A DNA stretch of 64,000 nucleotides from Leucoraja erinacea (taxonomy: Eukaryota). Below the pieces are notes generated by a model. The model did no database searches. It was given only the letters and a program-made list of their open reading frames with translations, and was not told where the DNA came from. A program made the translations under genes and the position numbers. Where the stretch lies: the NCBI RefSeq assembly GCF_028641065.1, contig NC_073393.1, positions 4,340,001-4,404,000 of the forward strand, in the 5' to 3' direction. Each line of letters begins with the position of its first letter. Position 1 is the first letter of the stretch. Shown here piece after piece: positions 49,990 to 61,558 of the stretch.

Positions 49990-50790
49990 ATGTGGATGAA
50001 TGTGAGGTTATCCACTTTGGTGGCAAAAACAGGAAGGCAGGTTATTATCTAAAAGGTGTCAAGTTGGGAAAGGGGGGAAGTACAACGGGATCTGGGGTCC
50101 TTGTTCATCAGTCAATGAAAGTAAGCATGCAGGTACAGCAGGCAGTGAATAAAGCGAATGGCATGTTGGCCTTCATAAGAAGGGGAGTTGAGTATAAGAG
50201 CAAAGAGTCCTTCTGCAGTTGTACAGGGCCCTAGTGAGACCATTCCTGGAGTGTTGTGTGCAGTTTTGGTCTCCAAATTTGAGGAAGGACATTCTTCTAT
50301 TGAGGGAGTGCAGAGTAGGTTCACAAGGTTAATTCTCAGGATGGCGGGATTGTCATACTGAATGAATGGAGCAGCTGGGCTTGTACACTCTGGAATTTAG
50401 AAGGATGAGAGGTTATCATATTGAAACTTATATGATTATTAAGGGTTTGGACACGCTAGAGGCAGGAAACATGTTCCTGATGTTGGGGGAGTCCAGAACC
50501 GGGGCCCACAGTTTAAAGATAAGTGGTAAGACATTTTGAACGGACATGAGGAAACACGTTTTCACACAGAGAGTTGTGAGTCTGTGGAATTCTCTTCCTC
50601 AGAGGGTGGTGGAGGCAGGTTCTGTGGATACTTTCAAGAGAGAGCTAGGTTGGACTCTTAAAGATGGCGGAGTCAGGGGATATGCGGAGAAGGCAGGAAC
50701 GGGGTACTGATTGGGGTTGATCAGCCATGATCACATTGAATGGCGGTGCTGGCTCGAAGGGCCGAATGGCCTCCTCCTGTGTCTATTGTC
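49990..50790 (+). mobile_element. CR1/HER1-like LINE 3' fragment
   Basis: CEVIHFGGKNRKAGYYLKG...QAVNKANGMLAFIRRG... through the 3' tail; frameshifted. Confidence 0.88.
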
Positions 50791-50834
50791 TAATTACTCA
50801 GGAATTATGTTAACAGCAGTTATTTTACTTGGTA

Positions 50835-51182
50835 CACAGAAATGCTGGAGAAACTCAGCGGGTGCAGCAGCATCTATGGAGCGAAGGAGATAGGCAACGT
50901 TTCAGGCCGAAACCCTTCTTCAGACTGATAGGGGGTGGGGGGAGGAGGGGAGAAGAAAGGAAAAAGGAGGAGGAGGAGCCCGAGAGCTGAGGGAGAGGTA
51001 GGAAGGGGAGGAGACAGCAAGGGTTAACATAATTGTGAGAATTCAATGTTCATGCCACCAGGATGCAGACTCCCCAAGCGGAATATGAGGTGCTGTTCCT
51101 CCAATTTACGGTGTTGCTCACTCTGGCCGTGGAGGAGGCCCAGGACAGAGAGGTCGGATACGGAATGGGAGGGGGAGTTGAG
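50835..51182 (-). mobile_element. Penelope-like 3' fragment with hammerhead-like motif (50896-50923, minus)
   Basis: Reverse-complement homolog of 45740-46095; minus strand reads CTGAAGA AGGGTTTCGGCCT GAAAC GTT. Confidence 0.8.
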
Positions 51183-52724
51183 GAGTCAGTTTATTTGATA
51201 AATGAATTACTTGAGAATTATTGCTTTATATTATATTAACAACGTGTTTTAAACTTGAATCAGCTTACTTGATAAAGGAATGGGTCACTTTTCGGGTCGA
51301 GACCATTCTTCAGACCCAAAACGTCAAAGAAGGTCTTGACCCGAAACTTCACTTACTTGATAAAGTAAGCTTAGGAATTATATTAACAGCATTTTTTTAA
51401 CTTGAGAAAATAAGTTTGGGAATTATATTAACAACAGTTTTCTTTTTCTCTGGAGTACATGGATACCCAGTTTTAGGTGACTGACTAATTCCCCCCTCTT
51501 CTCCCCCTCCTCCCACCCTGTGCCCCAGCTAGCTCACATCCAGTTTGCCCTTTCCCCTCATTCATTTAAAAGTTCAATCTGTTTGCTCATTCCTCCCACC
51601 CTCCTGTGTTAAACAAGCCTCAACAGATAGTAAACAAAAAGATTTTATTGAAAAAAACGTTTTCTGCAAATTTGGAGAATGAATAAAAGAAGAAAGGTTG
51701 GAATGAAATGCCAGATGGCATGCTTCGAAAATGCAAAAGAGAGAATTTCCGGGGGTGTGTGTGATTAAGACCATGTCATTCGGCACAGAAACAGGCCCTT
51801 CTGCTCGTCCATTCTGACTAAGTTGCACCATCAAACCCCCTAAACCTTTCCTATCCATGTATCCACCCAAATGTCTTCTAAATATTGCAGCAGTACCTGC
51901 CTCAAACACCACCTCAGGCTGCTCGTTCCATATACCCACAATCTGAAAAGGTTGCCCCTCGGGTTCCTATTAAATCTTGTCCCGCTCACCTTGTGACAAG
52001 TCTGAAATTTAGATCTCACGTTGGGAATGAAAAAACTGTTGCAACTTATGAAGGGCCAGAGTGATAAAGGAATACAGAGCTGGGCACAAAATGCTGGAGT
52101 TACTCAGCGGGACAGGCAATATGTCTCGATAGAAGGAATGGGTGACTTTTCGGGTCGAGACCATTCTTCAGACCCAAAACGTCAAAGAAGGTCTTGACCC
52201 GAAACTTCACCCATTCCTTCTCTCCGGAGATGCCTGTCCTGCTGAGTTCCTCCAGCATTTTGTGTCCCTCTTCGGTTTAAACTAGCACCTGCAGTTCCTT
52301 CCTATTACAGAGTTCAGGTTGGAATACTGTCTTCACATAAGTGACCTTCCAACCCACCTCATTGTGAACATTGAACTTTTTACTCTGGAACTGTAACGCA
52401 CAATGCTGCAACACTATTTTCTGCACTGGTAATTTTTCTTTGCACTCACTATCTGTTGAACTTTTGACTTGAACTTGGCTTGAATGTATTCATGTGTACT
52501 AGAACCTGATTTAAGTGGACAGCACGCAAACAAAAGCCTTTCACTGTTCTCGATTTGTGCCTTGATCAAGGCTTGGATCTGAAAATGACAACAATGTTGC
52601 CTGGAAAACAGTCCAATGAGTGGAATTTGCATCTGTTACTCTTTTGCACAAATTTCCTTTTACTTATTACTTCACCACCAAAATTGTCATCATTTACATG
52701 CTAATACCTGCACAATGATTTCGA

Positions 52725-53025
52725 AGTTTAGTTTACCTATGCAGCACAGAAACAGGCCCTTCAGCCCACTGAGTCCGTGCTGACCAGTGATCCCCGCACA
52801 TGAGCACCATCCTACACACACACTAGGGACTATTGACAATTTTACCACAGCCAATTAACCGACAAACCTGTACGTCTTTGCAGTGTGGGAGGAAACCAGG
52901 GGAAAACCGCGCAGGTCACGGGGAGAACGCACAAACTCCGTACAGACAGCACCCGTAGTCAGGATCGAACTTGGGTCTCTGGCGCTGTAAGGCAGCAACT
53001 CTACCGCTGCGCCACCGTGCAGCCC
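52725..53025 (-). mobile_element. HE1-like SINE
   Basis: Full head, body and tail as in the other copies. Confidence 0.85.
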
Positions 53026-53525
53026 CAAAAGTCTGGCCTTGTCGGCTACAGTGTACACAAACACATAGAAACACGCACTAGCGTCTGTGCGACGGAAATA
53101 AAAGGCCCACTTGCATCTTCCCAAGGGCATTTAGAGAGTTTGGAAAAGATGAAAAAAGTGTCACTATTGCACAAAGATTTAATGGGAATCTGAAGAGTAA
53201 CGTTTTCACACAAAGGAGGGTGGCTGTACGGAACGAGCTGCTGGAGGCCATAGTTGAGGCAGGTGGTATCACAGTTTATTAAATATGTAGACAGGTACAT
53301 GGATAGGACAGGTTTAGATAGATGTGGGCCAAAGGCAGGCAGCTGGGACTAGTGTAGATGGGACACGTTGGCCGGTATGGGTAAGTTGGGCCGAAGGGCC
53401 TGTTTCCACGCTGTATCACTCTATCTCTGTGAATTGTATTAAATGAGGATCTACTGTGCAAGCAGCTGTGAGTGTGTGTAGTTGGTGATTTCCCCTCACC
53501 GTGCCCTGAAACTCCGTTCTTATAG

Positions 53526-53698
53526 TTACAGAGCGCGTCTTCTGATGTTCGTGAATTTGCATGCGCAAGCATTTCGAAACTTGTCCAGCAGAAAAAGGTG
53601 ATCCCTTCATTTCTGCAGAAGGATACCATTCGCTGCTTGGGACCCATGCTCCTCGATCAGAGTGTCGCTGTCAGGGAGACGGCAGCTGGAGCCCTGAG
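53526..53698 (+). CDS. HEATR3: HEATR3 exon 2 (LQSASSDVREFACASISKLVQQ...LGPMLLDQSVAVRETAAGAL)
   Basis: Acceptor cgttcttatag, donor GAG|GTCAGT, 173 nt; resembles LQHPSAEVRECAC...VRETAAGALR. Confidence 0.93.
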
Positions 53699-54181
53699 GT
53701 CAGTGCGGAACCGTCCAAGCTGTGGCAAGCAAGGGTTATTGTATCAGTAATTAGTATCATTGATCATTTCATTCACAAACCTCATATTCCACTTGGGTAG
53801 CTTACTACTTATTGATAGGGGACGATCAGCCATGATCACAACGAATGGCGGTGCTGGATCGAAGGGCCGAATGGCCTACTCCTGCACCTATCGTCTATTG
53901 TCTATTGTCTAATGTGTAAGAAACATTTAGGCAGGACATGGATAGGACGGGTGTAGAGGGATATGGGCCAAACGCAAGCAAGTGGGACTAGTGTGGATGG
54001 GACATGTAGGTCGGTGCGGGCAAGTTGGGCCGAAGGATCTCTTTCCACGCTCAAGTCTATGACGAACAGATGGCAACATTGTCAGAAAGGAAGAGGAGAA
54101 ATAATATTATTTTTTTGGAGAAGTGAAAATAGACGGTTGCAAGCAGCAAAGTGAATAACAAAAAATATTTGTTCACGACAG

Positions 54182-54269
54182 AAATCTTAGCGCCTGTGGA
54201 GGGTACGATGTTTGTGACGAGATGGTGAAGCAAGATGTTTTGACCCCCCTTGCGGCACTGTTGCGAGAG
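54182..54269 (+). CDS. HEATR3: HEATR3 exon 3 ([29 protein letters not shown])
   Basis: Acceptor tttgttcacgacag, donor GAG|GTAAGC, 88 nt. Confidence 0.93.
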
Positions 54270-54819
54270 GTAAGCTCTTGATGCACAAAACAAAACCATG
54301 CGCTGGGGTTAGACACAAAGCGCTGGAGTAACTCAGCGGGTCGGGCGGGCAGCATCTCTGGAGGAAAAGGATGGGTGATATCTTGGATCAGACCTCCTCA
54401 GACTGAAAGTGTGGGGGGGGGGGGGGGGGGGGAGATGGGAGGTGGAGATGAGAAATGACCGGGACCAATAATCTTTTCTCATCTCCAGCTCACCACCATC
54501 ACTCCCGCCCCCCCCTAATTCTAGTCTGCAGGAGGGTCCCGAACCAAAACATCGCCCATCTTTTTTCTCCAGAGATGCTGCCTGACCCACTGAGTTACTC
54601 CAACATCTTTGGTATAAGCCGGCCTCTGCAGCTCTCCGTATCTCCACATGCTGGTGTTTGGCTTTTATTTATAAAGTTCATCTCCATGGGATGGTCTCAG
54701 TGTTGGCGTGACTGTGTTGGATACAGTTCAGTAGAATCGCACTCTGCATAAGCACCACCATCCACCAGGAGTGTTTTATTGCTAGATGTCCCGGACAGAA
54801 CAATGACATTAGGAATGAA

Positions 54820-55340
54820 ATTCCAGGTGAGGCAGAGGTTCACCTGCACCTCCTCCAACCTCATCGATTGCATCCGCTGCTCTAGGCGTCAGCTGCTCTA
54901 CATCGGTGAGACCAAGCGCAGGCTTGGCGATCGCTTTGCCCAACATCTCCGCTCAGTCCGCAATAACCAACCTGATCTCCCGGTGGCTCAGCACTTCAAC
55001 TCCCCCTCCCATTCTGAATCTGACCTTTCTGTCCTGGACCTCCTCCATGGCCCGAGTGAGTCCCAAATTGGAGGAGCAGCACCTCGTATTTTGCTTGGGT
55101 AGTTTACATCCCAGCGGTATGAACATTGACTTCTCCAATTTCAGGTAGTCCTTGCTCTCTCCCTCCTTCCCCTCCCCTTCCCAGCTCTCCCACAAACCTA
55201 CTGTCTCTGCCTTTTCCTTTCTTTTTCCCGCCCCCCACCCTCCCATCAGTCAGAAGAAGGGTCTCGACCCAAAACGTTGCCTATTCCTTCGCTCCATGGA
55301 TGCTGCCTCACCCGCTGAGTTTCTCCAGCATTTTTGACGT
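54820..55340 (+). mobile_element. Penelope-like element fragment encoding a GIY-YIG endonuclease
   Basis: ORF 54779..55102 FTCTSSNLIDCIRCSRRQLLYIGETKRRLGDRFAQHLRSV...PVAQHFN, with a degenerate hammerhead motif at ~55250-55278. Confidence 0.88.
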
Positions 55341-55389
55341 CCTATTAAATTAGTAAGTTTAATTGGCTGCTGTATGTGTGTAGGATCAG

Positions 55390-55618
55390 GTCGGGTGGAG
55401 TTCCCCCCCCGCCATGGGTACCATGTAACCCCGTGCTACCTGCTCCATGGTCGGATAGTCGGCGACTAAACCGTCTCCCCCACCTGGTTTGCCAGGTGAG
55501 GAGGGGGCTGTGGACCCCCAGCAGGACCAAAAAACAAGACCTGCCAAAGGGCAGATGAGCTCCTAGCGAGCCGACGGCCAACCACACTTCAGTAGAAGTT
55601 GCGATCACTGTCATACAC
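55390..55618 (-). repeat. Unclassified ~230-bp GC-rich interspersed repeat, copy 2
   Basis: Reverse complement of 38277-38520. Confidence 0.75.
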
Positions 55619-56021
55619 TTTATTAGCCAAGTATGTTTTGCAACATACGAGGAATTTCATTTGCCGAGTCAGTCATCCAAATAAAAAGCAACAGAACACA
55701 CAAAATACATTTTAACATAAACATCCACCACAGTGATAAAGGAAACAGGCCCATGAGACGCGACAAGGTGACTTTGAAACTAGCACAATGAATTAGGGGG
55801 GGGAGGGTCTGAGTGAGGGAGAGTGGACACCTGAGTCTGGTAGGCCACCTCTGCATCCTATTCAAAGCCTCCACGTCCTTCCTGCAATGGGGCAATGGAG
55901 AAATACCTTGTGGGTAAATGTTGGTGGTGGTGATTCTTTGATTCAAAGTCTGTAGGCTGACTGTAAAGTTGTTCCCTTTGTATGAAGAGATACTGCCACT
56001 AGCTTTGATTTTTGTCGACAG

Positions 56022-56134
56022 TGTTGTACAGGATTAGATTCCACTGCCGTCAGTCCACGTAAAAAGCAAGTTTCTGATAAAAACTACCTGGAGGGTGTAT
56101 CTAATGAGGCGATCCACCTTCTCTGGAACTTATG
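56022..56134 (+). CDS. HEATR3: HEATR3 exon 4 (CCTGLDSTAVSPRKK...NEAIHLLWNL)
   Basis: Acceptor tttttgtcgacag, donor ATG|GTAAGT, 113 nt. Confidence 0.9.
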
Positions 56135-56282
56135 GTAAGTTCACCGCTCACCTCGGATAAATTCTCTGAGTAACTATCTGTTGGATTTGAGCATTTTTAT
56201 TGCAAATCTTCTTGAATAGTCAAAGTCCAGTTATAACAAAGAATCATTGATTATCTGTGAGAAGAAAAGAGAATGATTTCAG

Positions 56283-56765
56283 ACTTTAGAGATACAGCGC
56301 GGAAACAGGCCCTTCGGCCCAGCGGGTCCACGCCGACCAGCGATCCCCGCACATTAACACTATCCTACACACATGGGACATTTTTTACATTTACCAAGCC
56401 AAATGACCTACAAACCTGCACGTCTTTTGAGTGTGTGAGGAAACTGACGATCTCGGAGAAAACCCACGCAGGTCACGGGGAGAACGTGCAAACTCCATAC
56501 AGATAGCGCCCGTAGTCGGGATCAAACCCGGGTCTCCGACGCTGCATTCGCTGTAAGGCAGCAACTCTACTGCTGCACCAATTTTATCAAAACAAATTAA
56601 CTTACAAATCTATGTCTTTGGAGTTTGTGGGGGAACCAGAACACCAGGAGAAAACCCACGCGATCACAGGTAGAACATACAAACTCCATACAGACAGCAC
56701 CCGTAGTCAGGATCGAACCCTGGTCTCTGACACTTTAAGGCAGCAACCACCCACCATGCTGCCCC
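56283..56765 (-). mobile_element. Two tandem HE1-like SINE copies
   Basis: The body gagaaaacccacgc...cccgtagtc.ggatc.aaccc occurs twice in succession. Confidence 0.8.
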
Positions 56766-57064
56766 AATGTTTCTGATGATGCCAGGGGTAACATTGGTTG
56801 CAGGTTTTCTTCCTGTCTCATTGTATTCTAATAAAATAATTTAATAGTTGCTAACAAAGTATTGCAGTTGGGAAATAGACACAAAATGCTGGAGTAACTC
56901 AGCGAGACAGGCAGCATCTCTGGAGAGAAGGAATGGGTGACGTTTTGGGTCGAGAACCTTCTTCAGACTGAGAGTCAGGGGAGAGGGAGACACAAGGAAG
57001 GGTAAGGTGTGAAAACAAGACATCAAAGGGGATGAAGTTCAAGGGGATGTATGTAGAATAGAAC

Positions 57065-57785
57065 AGGGGAGGTGCAGCGAGACCTGGGTGTCCTTGTACA
57101 CCGGTCACTGAAAGTTGGCTTATAGGTACAGCAGGCAGTGAAGAAAGTTAATGGAATGTTGGCCTTCATAACAAGAGGATTTCAGTTTAGGAGTAAAGGG
57201 GTTCTTCTGCAGTTGTATAGGGCTCTGGTGAGACCACATCTGGAGTATTGTGTACAGTTTTGGTCTCTTAATTCGAGGAAGGACATCCTTGTGATTGAGG
57301 CAGTGCAGCGTAGGTTCACGAGATTGATCCCGGGGATGGCGGGACTGTCATACGAGGAAAGATTGAAAAGACTAGGCTTGTAATCACTGGAATTTAGGAT
57401 GAGGGGGCATCTTATAGAAACATATAAAATTATAAAGGACTGGACAAGCTAGATGCAGGATAAATGGTCCCAATGTTGGGCGAGTCCAGAACCAGGGGCC
57501 ACAGTCCTAGAATAAAGGGGAGGTCATTTAAGACTGAGGTGAGAAAAAACGTTTTCACCCGGAAAGTTGTTAATTTATGGAATTCCCTGCCACAGAGGGC
57601 AGTGGAGGCCAAGTCACTGGATGGATTTAAGAGAGAGTTAGATAGAGCTCTAGGGGCTAGTGGAGTCAAGGGATATGGGGAGAAGGCAGGCACGGGTTAT
57701 TGATAGGGGACGATCAGCCACGATCACAACGAATGGCAGTGCTGGCTCGAGGGGCCGAATGGCCTCCTCCTGCACCTAATTTCTA
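57065..57785 (+). mobile_element. CR1/HER1-like LINE 3' fragment
   Basis: ORFs 57138..57383 (LYRALVRPHLEYCVQFW) and 57464..57703 ([15 protein letters not shown]). Confidence 0.9.
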
Positions 57786-58815
57786 CTAGACCAAGTGCAG
57801 ACCCGTTGGGTCTGTTCCCAGCGGGTGTGGGGGGGGAGGCGGCGGCATGCAGCGTCACACACACTAACTATCCCCCCCCCAGCACTCGCGCTAATTACCC
57901 CCCTTGATATTATATTAATATTATTAATTTGCTCCTTTTACCCCATAACCACCCTATCTACTGACGCATAGCCCCCAACTTGCAGTCACATCTAGAGAGG
58001 GGGGAAGGGGTAGAGAGTGATGGCCGAGAGAGAAGGGGCAGAGAGAGAGAGAGAGGGACATAGACACAGAGAGAAGGGCAAGAGAGATAGGGTGGCGGAG
58101 AGGAGGAGAAGAGGGAGGGTGGGTGGGGGGGGGGGGGAAAGGTGGGGGAGGAGAGAGTGAGAGTGAGGGGGCAGAGAGAGGTGGTGCTGAGAGAAGGGTG
58201 AGGGGAAGAGGTGGGGAGCAGGGAGGGGGAGGGAGGGTGGAGGGAGGGGGGTAGGGGGTGTGTGGAGGGGAGGGGGGTTTAGGGGAGGGATGGTGGGAGA
58301 GTGGATGAGGGGAGGAGAGAGAGAAAAAGAGGGGGGAGAGAGAGAGGGGAGAGAGAGGGGGGGGAGAGGAGAGGGGGGGGGGGAAGGGGGGGGGGGGGGG
58401 GAGAGGAGAGGGTGCCTTTTTACTTCAACCCAAACAACCATTTGCAGGCAGTGCTTTTTTCCCCTCAAACTAACCATATTTTCATTTTCAAACCACATTA
58501 TGGGTACTCACAGCTGTGGAGACATTTGTTCAGTGTTATTCAGAGCTCTGATTGAGGCACACCACTTCCTGGTTGTATAGTCCCTTCCCCTGCCTCCAGC
58601 AGGGGCAGCAGAGAGAATGGGGAATTTTGTAAAATCATTAATATCTCTGTCATTTTTCATCAACGGGAAAAATGCTCAGCACACATACGGCGGAGGGGGG
58701 CTTTGAGCAAGGTAGCCAAAAATGATGGCCGTAGGTCGTGGCGTTCTCTCGGAAATCGCAGTACAGATGGCCAACACCGGTCAAGAACAGACTTTTAGTA
58801 ATATTGAGATATAGA
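57786..58815 (-). mobile_element. Non-autonomous Helitron
   Basis: Minus strand starts A|TCTATATCTCAATATTACTAAAAG and ends with hairpin CAGACCC-AAC-GGGTCTG, an 8-nt spacer, then CTAG|T. No TSD. Internal GA/G-rich low complexity. Confidence 0.7.
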
Positions 58816-59474
58816 TGATTCTAATAGATCATTGTTAGCTCAGAGAAGGTGACAACAAAACATGCAGAGATAAAATGTAATCGGGGAGTTTCAGACTGGT
58901 CGGAGAACTAGGAAAGGAGGGGGTGGGGTGGGGCTGGAGAGTGAATGCAAGGATTACTTGAAGTTAGAGAAGTCAATGTTCATACTGCTGGGGTGTAAGC
59001 TGCCCAAGTGAAATATGAGGTGCTGTTCCTCCAATGTGCGCTGGGCCTCACTCTGACAGTGGAGGAGGCCCAGGGCAGAAAGGCCAGTGTGGGAATGGGA
59101 GGGGGAGTTAAAGTGTTGAACAAACGGGAGATCCGGTAGTTCCTACACATCGCAGTTGGAACATCTGGGCCTAATCTAATTGTAGTTTAGTTGGCTGCCG
59201 TAAATTGTACCGTTACGTGTTGGGAGTGCATGTGGTAGATGGATAACAGAACTAGTGCGAGCGGATGATCGATGGTCGATATGGATTAAATGTTTGAAAG
59301 ATATAGCATGGGGACAGGCCCTTCAGCCCACCAAGTCCATGGCGACCATCCATCGATTCAATCAATCTATCTAATTCTCGACTGTTCAATACGGTGAATG
59401 ATTTGTGAGCAGAAATGGAGATGTCAACTAAATAGAGATAATGTAGTGTGGGCATTTTCCTTTTGTTTCCTCAG

Positions 59475-59584
59475 TGAAAGCAGCAGCAGGGCCGTGTGTG
59501 TCTTCAATAAAGAAGGTTTATTGGATATCTGTATTTTGTGCTTGAGGCGATTTATGGACAATATAGAATTGGCCATTTCTGCAG
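59475..59584 (+). CDS. HEATR3: HEATR3 exon 5 (ESSSRAVCVFNKEGLLDICILCLRRFMDNIELAISA)
   Basis: Acceptor ttttgtttcctcag, donor CAG|GTGAGT, 110 nt; resembles ECSSRAVSIFNKEG...DLAISV. Confidence 0.93.
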
Positions 59585-59759
59585 GTGAGTCGTCTCCATT
59601 ATCATTAAATATTTTTGTGCCAACTTTGTTCAATAACTTTCTTCGTGCAGATTTTTTTTTCAAATGAACATTGCGTTTGATGGAATTTCCTTTCACAATC
59701 TTTAATAAAGGTTGGGCTTTGTAAAATTTAAAATTTGAACATTGTCAGCACTATTTTGG

Positions 59760-60075
59760 TTTAGTTTGGAGGTGCAGAGCGGAAACAGGCCCTTCGGCCC
59801 CACGAATCTGCGCTGACCAGCGACCCCCGTACATTGACACTATCCTACACACATCAAGAACCCAATTTACAATTATACCAAGCCAATTAACCTAGAAACC
59901 TGTACGTCTTTGGAGTGTGGGAGGAAACTGAAGATCTCGGAAAAAACCCATGCCAGGTCACGGGGAGAACGTACAAACTCCGTACAGACAGCACCCGTAG
60001 TCAGGATCGAACCCGGGTCTCTGGCACTGTGAGCGCTATAAGACAACAACTCTATCGCTGCTCCACCGTGCTACC
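59760..60075 (-). mobile_element. HE1-like SINE
   Basis: Full head, body and tail as in the other copies. Confidence 0.85.
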
Positions 60076-60529
60076 CCTGCTAGTATATTTTGATGCCCAC
60101 TCCAGCAGAGTGGATACAGTTTAATTACCACTTGGTGCCATCTCAATTTGGTTATTCCTAATTTGCTTATGATTTTGAGTCCAACTCCGCCCTGAAACTT
60201 ATTTTATAATTCCCAACTTTTCAACCAAGGTTCCTAAGATTTAATCTTCAAGAAAATAGTGTACATTGATTGGTTAAATCGATTTAGTTTTTATCATTAA
60301 TTCAGCTTTTGGGGTTATATCGCTCAGCTGACTAATTGCTGTCATCAGCTGGGTAGAATTTTGAATCTTTATTTATTTCTTGCAAGTTTACGTGTCCAAG
60401 ACTCACTTTATAAATACTTGTCGCTTGGTACCAAATACATTTAAGTTGATCAGAATACGTGGTCAGTAATGAAGTCACGATTGTTCCCACTGGCAGGGAG
60501 GAAAGGTTTTCCTCGAGACTTTGGACTTT

Positions 60530-60820
60530 TTGACTTTAGACATACACAGCATGGAAACAGGACATGTGGCCCAACGAGTCTGCGCCGACCAGCGATCACC
60601 TTCGTACGCGAACACTACCCCACACACTTGGGATAATTCACAATTTTACCAAAGCCAATTAACCTACAAACCTGCACGTCTTTGGAGTGATGGAAAAAAC
60701 CCACACAGGTCACGGGGAGAATGTGCAAACTCCACACAGACAGCACCCGCAGTCGGGATCGAACCCAGGTCTCTGGCACTGTGAGGCAGCAACTCTATCT
60801 CTGCGCCATCTTGCCGCACT
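60530..60820 (-). mobile_element. HE1-like SINE
   Basis: Full head, body and tail as in the other copies. Confidence 0.8.
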
Positions 60821-61014
60821 GAATGTCCAGTGATTTGGATCGCAGTCAGGGCCTGAGCTATAGGGTTGAACAGGCTAGGACTTTATCCCTTGGAGCGCAG
60901 GAGGGTGAGGGGAGATCTTATAGAGGTGTACAAAATCATGAGAGGAATAGATCGGGAAGACCACAGAGTCTTTTGCCCAGAGTAGGGGAATCGAGAACCA
61001 GAGGACATAGGTTT

Positions 61015-61558
61015 TTTTTTTTTTTTGGTTTATTTTATTAGAAGTTAATACAGCACAAAACAGTACAGTGGAACCTAATTTTAGGTGCCAACTATGTAAT
61101 ACCGTAATCCATTCTATGTACAACCTCTAGTTTTATGTTATAAGAAGGAAGTAAGCAGGACAAGAAAAAGAAAACAATAGAAAGAGGAAAAAGTGGAAAA
61201 ATAGATGGCAGAGAGTAGAAAAACGTGAAGTGTGTATATAAAAAATAAAAAAGGAAGAGAGAAAGTGGAAAGTAGAAATAGAAGAGAAGGCCCCTTAAAA
61301 GAGAATTTTTCAAATCTGTATTCGGAGATGTAGATCTATCCGCGTCATGAACTGAAATCAGCAATCTTTACGGTACCGCTGCATCACATGATTCCAAAAA
61401 GTCGATGAAAGGAGACCAACTCCTTAAGAATTGGTCATATTTATCTATTAGTCGGAGTCTCATTTCTTCAAGGCGTGCTATGTCCATAAGAAATGAGACT
61501 CCGACTAATAGATAAATATGACCAATTCTTAAGGAGTTGGTCTCCTTTCATCGACTTT
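61015..61558 (-). mobile_element. 5'-truncated L1/Tx1-type LINE insertion with poly(A), 16-bp TSD and 5' fold-back, inside a CR1 fragment (~60850-61845)
   Basis: TSD cagaggacataggttt at 60999-61014 and 61559-61574; poly-T and TTTATT at the left end. Minus-strand peptide MDIARLEEMRLRLIDKYDQFLRSWSPFIDFL resembles fish L1 ORF2 C-termini. Confidence 0.8.

Larger units (their letters stand above)
49635..51440 (+). repeat. Degenerate AT-rich minisatellite (core gaattatattaacagca ... acttga) starting at the heatr3 exon-1 donor, interrupted by CR1 and Penelope inserts
   Basis: gaattatattaacagca-like copies at ~49658, 49761, 49835, 49934, 50802, 51228, 51375 and 51420. Confidence 0.8.
49507..59584 (+). 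other. HEATR3: Gene model span: HEAT repeat-containing protein 3, exons 1-5 (partial, continues past the window); CDS join(49507-49647, 53526-53698, 54182-54269, 56022-56134, 59475-59584)
   Basis: Phase-compatible exons whose translation follows the vertebrate HEATR3 N-terminus; position downstream of CNEP1R1 matches known synteny. Confidence 0.93.

Noticed and set aside
49635-49990. Repeat-spacer appearance suggestive of a CRISPR array
   Set aside because: Eukaryotic intron; the units are degenerate, the spacers are mutually similar, and there are no cas genes. It is a minisatellite.
55405-55500. Possible HDV-like ribozyme (GCCAUGG/CCAUGGU P1 with a G-U wobble) in the unclassified repeat
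   Set aside because: No convincing P2, P3 or P1.1, CCATGG is itself palindromic, and the other copy breaks the pairing.
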